Source: Vicinamibacterales bacterium (GTDB lineage: Bacteria > Acidobacteriota > Vicinamibacteria > Vicinamibacterales > CAVVIG01). From it: a stretch of DNA of 64,000 nt. The DNA lies in contig JAXLRA010000009.1 in assembly GCA_046331345.1 (NCBI GenBank), positions 69,427-133,426 on the forward strand, written 5' to 3'. The notes under the pieces are model-generated. The model had not been told where the DNA came from and searched no databases. It saw only the letters and a list, made by a program, of their open reading frames with translations. Shown piece by piece: positions 59,034 through 64,000 of this stretch. Each line of letters starts with the position of its first letter. The first letter of the stretch is position 1. Position numbers and translations under genes: made by a program.

Positions 59034-60014
59034 CTAGTCTCTGGGCGACACGACTGTGACGCCGCCGCCGCCGTGCTTGGCCACGATTTCCGGCCGTTCA
59101 GTGGTAAGGCCTGGAACCACTCGGTGTGGTATTCGCAGCGTGATCGGTCGGCGCGGCATCAGAGTGGGCAATTCAAAGCTACCGATCGCGGCAATCTCGG
59201 GGGCTATGCGGCCACTTGCGGCGTCGGCTGTGGGTTGAACCGAGCGGTATCTGACTTCAACCATGAAACGCTGCAGCGGTGCCGTTTCGAGGTTCTCGAC
59301 CACAACGATTGAGTCCATCCGATCGGGGAATTTGACTGGCGTAACGAATCGCACCATGACTCTCGCCGGACCATTGAACGGAAGAGAATCCGCCTTTGCC
59401 TCTGGAACTGGCGTCACGGGGAGGAGTTCCAGCGATTCACGGGCGTCGTTCCTCCTAGCCGTGTCGAGCGGCGTAAGGATCGGGGGAGCGAGTCTTGACG
59501 GCTTCGGCGGCGTCGGTGGGGCTGGTTCCGGTTCGATGATGCCCAGGATCTTGTAGGTTTCAGATTGAGCCTTCCGGCCGTCGAGGCTCACCGACCACGA
59601 AAGCTTGGCAGCATCCCCGTTGAACGTAACGCTGACGCGGTCTGCCAGTGGAACGCGGCAACTCCGCCGGTTGATGTAGTCGAACCGGAGCGCATACTTG
59701 CTGTCGCAGTTCACGACAACGACTCGCCCATCAGGCAACCCCAGTGTGAGCGTCGCGCCCATGACTGAATATGCGATCGGGCGTGGTGGTGTTACGACAG
59801 CACTTCCCGTGCTGCTGCCCGAGCAATTGACCGAGTTGCCGAGAACCCCGCAGTCCACCAGCCCGAAAGACTGGGTCTGTACTCGCCCTGGGACGACGTA
59901 CGAATAGCGCGATTCGCTGCTCTGGCGGTCCATCACGGCGGCTGTGAAGGTTTGTGCTGGCGCGTCGGACGCGAGCAACGTGGCGGCTGCCATCAACGCG
60001 AGAATCGTCTTCAC
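59034..60014 (-). CDS. Hypothetical secreted protein (island cargo)
   Basis: GTG start with GGGGGGA upstream. Signal peptide MKTILALMAAATLLASDAPAQ. Contains a PEPAPPTPPKP linker. Confidence 0.5.
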   Translation of the reverse strand: MKTILALMAAATLLASDAPAQTFTAAVMDRQSSESRYSYVVPGRVQTQSFGLVDCGVLGNSVNCSGSSTGSAVVTPPRPIAYSVMGATLTLGLPDGRVVVVNCDSKYALRFDYINRRSCRVPLADRVSVTFNGDAAKLSWSVSLDGRKAQSETYKILGIIEPEPAPPTPPKPSRLAPPILTPLDTARRNDARESLELLPVTPVPEAKADSLPFNGPARVMVRFVTPVKFPDRMDSIVVVENLETAPLQRFMVEVRYRSVQPTADAASGRIAPEIAAIGSFELPTLMPRRPITLRIPHRVVPGLTTERPEIVAKHGGGGVTVVSPRD

Positions 60015-60186
60015 CTGCTCCCCCCCGCCACACCTCGATGTGGAGTCGCCCGACTATACGCAAACGATGGCAGGCCGCGTCAACAGTTCACGCGGCCGAG
60101 CACCCCTAATGCACCCCCGCCACGGGGTTCGAAAACGACCCGGCTCTGGCGTGTGCGCCTATCTTGTTGAAGCGTATGTGTTTAAG

Positions 60187-60263
60187 TGGTGGGCGCTACT
60201 GGATTCGAACCAGTGACCTCATGCGTGTGAAGCATGCGCTCTAACCAACTGAGCTAAGCGCCC
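60187..60263 (-). tRNA. tRNA-Val (anticodon CAC)
   Basis: Reverse complement reads GGGCGCTTAGCTCAGTTGGTTAGAGCGCATGCTTCACACGCATGAGGTCACTGGTTCGAATCCAGTAGCGCCCACCA. Cloverleaf: 7-bp acceptor stem, anticodon stem CATGC/GCATG, loop TTCACAC, T-loop TTCGAAT, encoded CCA. Confidence 0.85.
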
Positions 60264-60399
60264 CGGCGGGGGAGACTTCGAATTCTACAACATCGAACCG
60301 CGAACGCAGAAGTCCCAAGTCAGCGGTTGGCCAGAGGCCGACCTGTCCCGCAGCCTGAAGCCCGGAGCCTGAAGCCAGCGCCCATCGGCCATCCCCCCG

Positions 60400-60906
60400 T
60401 CAGACCCCGAGGCCGCGCCGGTTCCGCCAGAGCCACCACACCACCGCGGGCGCAACCGTGAAGCAGGTGGCGTGAACGGCCATCTCTCCGTAGATCGCTG
60501 GATCCGGCTGCGCGTACAAGCCGTTCTGGGTGAAGAACACGACGTCGACCAGGCCCAGGTACATCAGCGAACTGCCGCAGACGATGCCGAAGAGGACGCC
60601 GGACGGTGCGCGTCGCCACAGTCCGGTGGCGCCGAGCAACGCGGCGATGGTCGTCCAGGCGTTGGCCGCCGGAAACGACAGGTCGAACGTCCGGAAGCAG
60701 GCGACGCCAGGAAACCGCAGGGCGTCGGTCCCGAAGAACGTGGTCCAGTACGTAGCCTCGCCGAGGGCCGCCAGCACCAGCAGCGCGATGACGATGCGCC
60801 GCTGGGTGTCGTTCACGCGCACGTCCTGGTTGGTCCACCTGAAGGTGGACCCCACGAATGTCTCCGTGGCTGCCCCCGTCCCTCCGCCCCCGCCCGCCTC
60901 ACTCAT
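60400..60906 (-). CDS. Hypothetical polytopic membrane protein
   Basis: Start at MSEAGGGGG (Met 42 of the track ORF). The upstream part of the track ORF is a translation of the heptamer repeat. Four TM helices. Confidence 0.4.
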   Translation of the reverse strand: MSEAGGGGGTGAATETFVGSTFRWTNQDVRVNDTQRRIVIALLVLAALGEATYWTTFFGTDALRFPGVACFRTFDLSFPAANAWTTIAALLGATGLWRRAPSGVLFGIVCGSSLMYLGLVDVVFFTQNGLYAQPDPAIYGEMAVHATCFTVAPAVVWWLWRNRRGLGV

Positions 60907-60933
60907 CACCGATGCCTCGTCTCCGCCTCGAGT

Positions 60934-61135
60934 CCCTGATCCCGAATCCCCGGGTCTCTGCCCTGATCCCTGAGTCCCTAGTCCCTGAACCCTGATCCCG
61001 AGTCCCTGCCCCCAAGTCCCTGCCCCCAAGTCCCTGACCTCTGGCCCTGGTCGCTGGCCCCTGATCTCTAATCCCTAGTCCCTAGTCCCTAGTCCCTAGT
61101 CCCTAGTCCCTAGTCCCTAGTCCCTAGTCCGTGAC
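60934..61135. repeat. Heptanucleotide tandem repeat tract: about 7-8 perfect CCCTAGT units preceded by about 20 degenerate units (ccctgat/ccctgag/ccctgaa/gtccctgccccca)
   Basis: Read directly from the sequence. The stop codon of the hydroxylase gene is supplied by a repeat unit (CTA on plus). Coordinates are approximate within about 7 nt. Confidence 0.7.
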
Positions 61136-62002
61136 CCCGATCCCTGACTCCCTGCTGTCCAGTTCCTGCGTGCGCCGCAGCCCGCGGAACGGGAGCAGCA
61201 GCTGCCCGATGAACGTCGGCGGCACGGGATTCGGGTCGATGCCGATGGTGATGCAGGGTGTCTCCGACGGAGGGATGTAGGTGCCGAAGATGTGGTCCCA
61301 CAGCATGAGGTTCATGCCGAAGTTGCTGTTGCCCTCGCGCTTGTCGATGGAGTGGTGCAGCCAGTGCGTGGCCGGCGTGCCGACGATCGCATTCACCCAT
61401 CGCGGCGTGGGGAGGGTGACATTCGAATGCTGGAGCTGCGCCGTGAAGTTCCCGAATGCGGTGGCCCAGAGGAGCACGGCCGGGGGCGCCCCGAGTGCGA
61501 GCAGCGGTGCTGTCGTGAGGAACGCGCCGCTGCCGATGTCGAGGGCGTGGATGCGCGTGGTCTTCAGGAACGTCATGCGCGTGGCGCTGTGGTGCAGCAT
61601 GTGCACCCACCAGAGTGCCGGCACGCTGTGCAGCAGGCGGTGCTGCCAGTACTGGAAGAACTCGGCGATGAACAGCGCCAGCGGTACCTGCAGCACCAGC
61701 GGCCAGTCCGACGGCCAGACCTGCCAGGCCGCCGCAGGCACGAACGCCTGCGCCAGGGCCACGCCGCCGAAGGCGCCCAGCGCGAACCCGAGGAAGAAGT
61801 GCCCGATGTCGTGCCAGAGGTCGTCGTCGGCGTCGAGCCACGCCGCCTGGTCGGGCCAGATCCGTTCCGCCACCAGCAGCAGGGCCCCTGCCACGACGGT
61901 CGCGAGGTTGACGACGAGGTCGCCGGCGACGTGGAGGGCGAGCCCCGCGTACACGCTCCCAAGGGCCGCCGCGAAGCACGCGGTCCAGAGTGCGCCGCTC
62001 AC
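61124..62002 (-). CDS. Fatty acid hydroxylase / sterol desaturase superfamily membrane protein (His-box di-iron enzyme)
   Basis: 292 aa from GTG (GGGGG 5 nt upstream). His boxes HRLLH, HMLHH and HWLHH. The start overlaps the reductase stop (GTGA). Confidence 0.65.
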   Translation of the reverse strand: MSGALWTACFAAALGSVYAGLALHVAGDLVVNLATVVAGALLLVAERIWPDQAAWLDADDDLWHDIGHFFLGFALGAFGGVALAQAFVPAAAWQVWPSDWPLVLQVPLALFIAEFFQYWQHRLLHSVPALWWVHMLHHSATRMTFLKTTRIHALDIGSGAFLTTAPLLALGAPPAVLLWATAFGNFTAQLQHSNVTLPTPRWVNAIVGTPATHWLHHSIDKREGNSNFGMNLMLWDHIFGTYIPPSETPCITIGIDPNPVPPTFIGQLLLPFRGLRRTQELDSRESGIGVTD

Positions 62003-63090
62003 GCGCGCCCCCAGTTGCAGGCCATCCGCGCCTCGACGATCCGCGGGAGGTAGTCCGGGGCGGCGGGCGCGGTTGCTGCGGCGCCGAGCCGGGCGTCGAC
62101 GCGGTCCCGCACGAAGTGCTTCGACAGGAACAGGTAGTCGGCCACCACGTCGAACATCCAGAAGGCGGCTGGCGAGAGTTGGTCGGCGCCGTCCGCAGCC
62201 CTCAGCTGGGCCCATTCGCACTCGTCGATCCACTCGACGTCCCACTCCGGAGTGCCGAGCACGCGCCGGCAACTCTCGACCAGGTCCGCTCCAGTGGCCG
62301 CGCGGTGGCCCGCGGAGATCTGCACGGTCTCGCCGGCCACGAAGTGCCGGGCGAACAGGGTGTGGAGCACCTGCGCCGCGTAGTCTGTCGGGAGCATGTC
62401 CAGGGTGTTCGCCGGGGCGCCGGGGATGCGCGTGGCGCGACCTGAGAGGAACAGCTCGAACATCTTGTGCGCCTCGAGCGTGCGGTGCACGTAGCCGTCC
62501 GAGGCGCGTCCCATGAGAAGCGAGAGGCGATAGGTGGCGATCGGCAGGTCGACGCACTGGGTGCGGATGTACTGCTCGGCCTCGTACTTCGACTGTTCGT
62601 ACGGGTTCACGAACCCTGCGTCGTGATCGAGGTCGTCCTCGCCCACCGTGCCGGTGCGTCGTCCTGCCACGTAGAGCGTGCTGACGTGCGCGAGCGCCTG
62701 GAGACGCCTCGCCCCCCGCGCCAGCGTGAGCACGTGACGCAGGCCGTCCACGTTCACCTGCCGCGCCAGGCGCAGGTCGGCGTTGAAGTCGGTCAGTGCC
62801 GCCGCGTGCATGATGTGCGTGGCCTCCGCGCCGACCCACGCCGCATCCGCGTCCGCCAGCGCAAGCCGCTCCGTCGTCAGTTCCCCGCGCAGCAGACGCA
62901 GCGTGGCGGCCGCCTGCGATTTGGCACCGATGCCCACGTCGCGCAGGAGCGTCTGACGCCGGGCGCCAAGGGCCGTGTCCGTGTCTGCCCGGACGACCAC
63001 GCCGATTTCGTCGTAGGTCCGGTGGGCGAGCGCCTGCCTGAGGAACTCCACGCCGACGCTGCCGGTGCCACCGGTCAGCAGGAGCTTCAT
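61999..63090 (-). CDS. NAD-binding thioester-reductase-like SDR (male-sterility/NAD_binding_4-type fatty acyl reductase family)
   Basis: 363 aa from MKLLLTGGTGSVG (Rossmann). YxxxK (YEQSKYEAE). Confidence 0.6.
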   Translation of the reverse strand: MKLLLTGGTGSVGVEFLRQALAHRTYDEIGVVVRADTDTALGARRQTLLRDVGIGAKSQAAATLRLLRGELTTERLALADADAAWVGAEATHIMHAAALTDFNADLRLARQVNVDGLRHVLTLARGARRLQALAHVSTLYVAGRRTGTVGEDDLDHDAGFVNPYEQSKYEAEQYIRTQCVDLPIATYRLSLLMGRASDGYVHRTLEAHKMFELFLSGRATRIPGAPANTLDMLPTDYAAQVLHTLFARHFVAGETVQISAGHRAATGADLVESCRRVLGTPEWDVEWIDECEWAQLRAADGADQLSPAAFWMFDVVADYLFLSKHFVRDRVDARLGAAATAPAAPDYLPRIVEARMACNWGRA

Positions 63091-63282
63091 GCGCGCTCCC
63101 GGCCGCCGTCCCGGGCGGGCGTCGCGCGACGGGCGTCCGTGCATGCGGCGGCGCCGCGACGGTGGTGCTGGCCGACTCGGGGTTGGAAAGTGGCTGCTTT
63201 ACGCGACGGCACGGCGTGTTCCCGCAGGCCGGGCACACGTGGTGCAAGGCTGCTACTCTGATAAGCGGCAGCGGACGGCAAA

Positions 63283-63870
63283 GTGGATCACGCGTCGAAC
63301 ATCACGAGATTGCTGCGGGAGTGGCAGGGCGGACGGGCCGAGGCGCTCGACCAGTTGATGCCGCTCGTCTATCGGGAACTGCACGCCGTCGCCGCACGCT
63401 ACCTGTCGCAGGAACGCCGCAGCCACACCCTGCAGCCGACGGCGCTGGTTCACGAGGCCTACCTGAAACTGGCCGACGCAGGCACGGTGGACTGGCAGGG
63501 GCGCGCCCACTTCTTCGCCCTGGCCGCGCGCGTGATGCGGCGGATCCTGGTGGACCACGCGCGGGAGGCGCGCCGGCTGAAGCGCGGCGGCGGACAGACC
63601 ATGCTGCTGCTCGATGCGCTGGACCCCGTGGCACCGGCGCCGGTCGATGCCACGGACGCCCTGGCTGTCGATCTGGCCCTGACGCGGCTCGAGGCCATGG
63701 ACCAGCAACAGGCGCAGGTCGTGGAACTCCGCTTCTTCGGTGGGCTCACCATCGAAGAGACAGCCGATGTCCTGCGCGTGTCGACCGGCACCGTCAAGCG
63801 CGACTGGGTGGTTGCCCGCGCCTGGTTGTACCGCGAGCTGTCCAGTTCGCCGCCGTCAGGCCTCGCCTAG
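63283..63870 (+). CDS. ECF-type RNA polymerase sigma-70 family factor
   Basis: The N-terminus ITRLLREWQGG..LDQLMPLVYRELHAVAARYL is the typical region-2 start of this ECF subgroup. The C-terminal region 4 HTH is LTIEETADVLRVSTGTVKR. Confidence 0.8.
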   Translation: MDHASNITRLLREWQGGRAEALDQLMPLVYRELHAVAARYLSQERRSHTLQPTALVHEAYLKLADAGTVDWQGRAHFFALAARVMRRILVDHAREARRLKRGGGQTMLLLDALDPVAPAPVDATDALAVDLALTRLEAMDQQQAQVVELRFFGGLTIEETADVLRVSTGTVKRDWVVARAWLYRELSSSPPSGLA

Positions 63871-64000
63871 CGTGTCGTGGGTGAGCCGACGTCGCATCCG
63901 ACGGCGGCTTCCCGCAGGCCGGCCATGACGTCGGTGTCGCCCGGGTCCGGCGTCCGCAGAACCGGCGCGAACAGCTCCATGCCCGATGTCAGCACCCTGC

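Larger units (their letters stand above)
54664..60232. mobile_element. Integrated element of about 5.6 kb in tRNA-Val: tyrosine integrase, AlpA/Xis-like HTH, HUH rolling-circle Rep, low-GC cargo (lipoprotein and secreted protein)
   Basis: 51-bp direct repeats of the tRNA 3' half bound it. The integrase sits next to the attL-type repeat. GC drops visibly over 57.5-60.0 kb. Confidence 0.75.

Noticed and set aside
61281-62516. 411-aa plus-strand ORF antisense to the hydroxylase and reductase pair
   Set aside because: His-box and Rossmann motifs are on the minus strand.

Overview
This is a high-GC (about 65-70%) bacterial chromosomal segment. The gene content suggests a soil Acidobacteriota- or Gemmatimonadota-like organism: carboxypeptidase-regulatory-domain TonB receptor, DUF4136 lipoproteins, CotH, and an ECF sigma factor with an ITRLLREW N-terminus. 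Gene order, strand and products were read from the six-frame track and from motifs I can recognise by eye; no database search was possible.

Main blocks:
- A five-gene, translationally coupled Mo-hydroxylase operon (FAD, 2Fe-2S and Mo subunits), followed by a MoaD-like sulfur carrier and a DUF360 holin-like membrane protein.
- Two paralogous periplasmic clusters pairing a GMC flavoprotein with a TAT-exported gluconate-2-dehydrogenase subunit-3-like protein.
- rapA overlapped by a CPXCG zinc-ribbon gene, and a large HPII-type catalase.
- A YcaO-family gene divergent from an unannotated 48-aa ORF that has a strong Shine-Dalgarno (SD) site. This is the most interesting candidate: the ORF looks like a RiPP (ribosomally synthesised, post-translationally modified peptide) precursor.
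- Flotillin divergent from a sigma-54 enhancer-binding protein, with a candidate -24/-12 promoter, followed by a TonB-dependent receptor.
- Two MsbA-like ABC exporters, one behind a long leader carrying an intrinsic-terminator hairpin.
- A membrane-anchored TIR-domain protein.
- A cbb3 oxidase operon: ccoN, a fused ccoO-ccoP gene, a 54-aa single-TM protein, and a diheme cytochrome c. These are chained by ATGA overlaps, and the cytochrome shows an apparent +1 frameshift in a G4 run.
- A 4-PAS sensor histidine kinase.
- A roughly 5.6-kb integrated element (tyrosine integrase, AlpA/Xis-like, HUH rolling-circle Rep, low-GC cargo) inserted in tRNA-Val(CAC) and bounded by 51-bp direct repeats.
- A degenerate (CCCTAGT)n heptamer repeat tract.
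- A reductase and fatty-acid-hydroxylase pair coupled by GTGA.
- An ECF sigma factor.

Several families of intergenic repeats are present: two copies of an AT-rich palindromic element at convergent gene ends, GC hairpins with a TTCA tetraloop, and 23-bp tandem repeats.

Many long ORFs in the track are antisense or off-frame artefacts of GC-rich DNA and were rejected.

Near positions 61,070-61,140 my reading of the heptamer tract disagrees with the track by about 7 nt (one repeat unit), so coordinates in that stretch are approximate.
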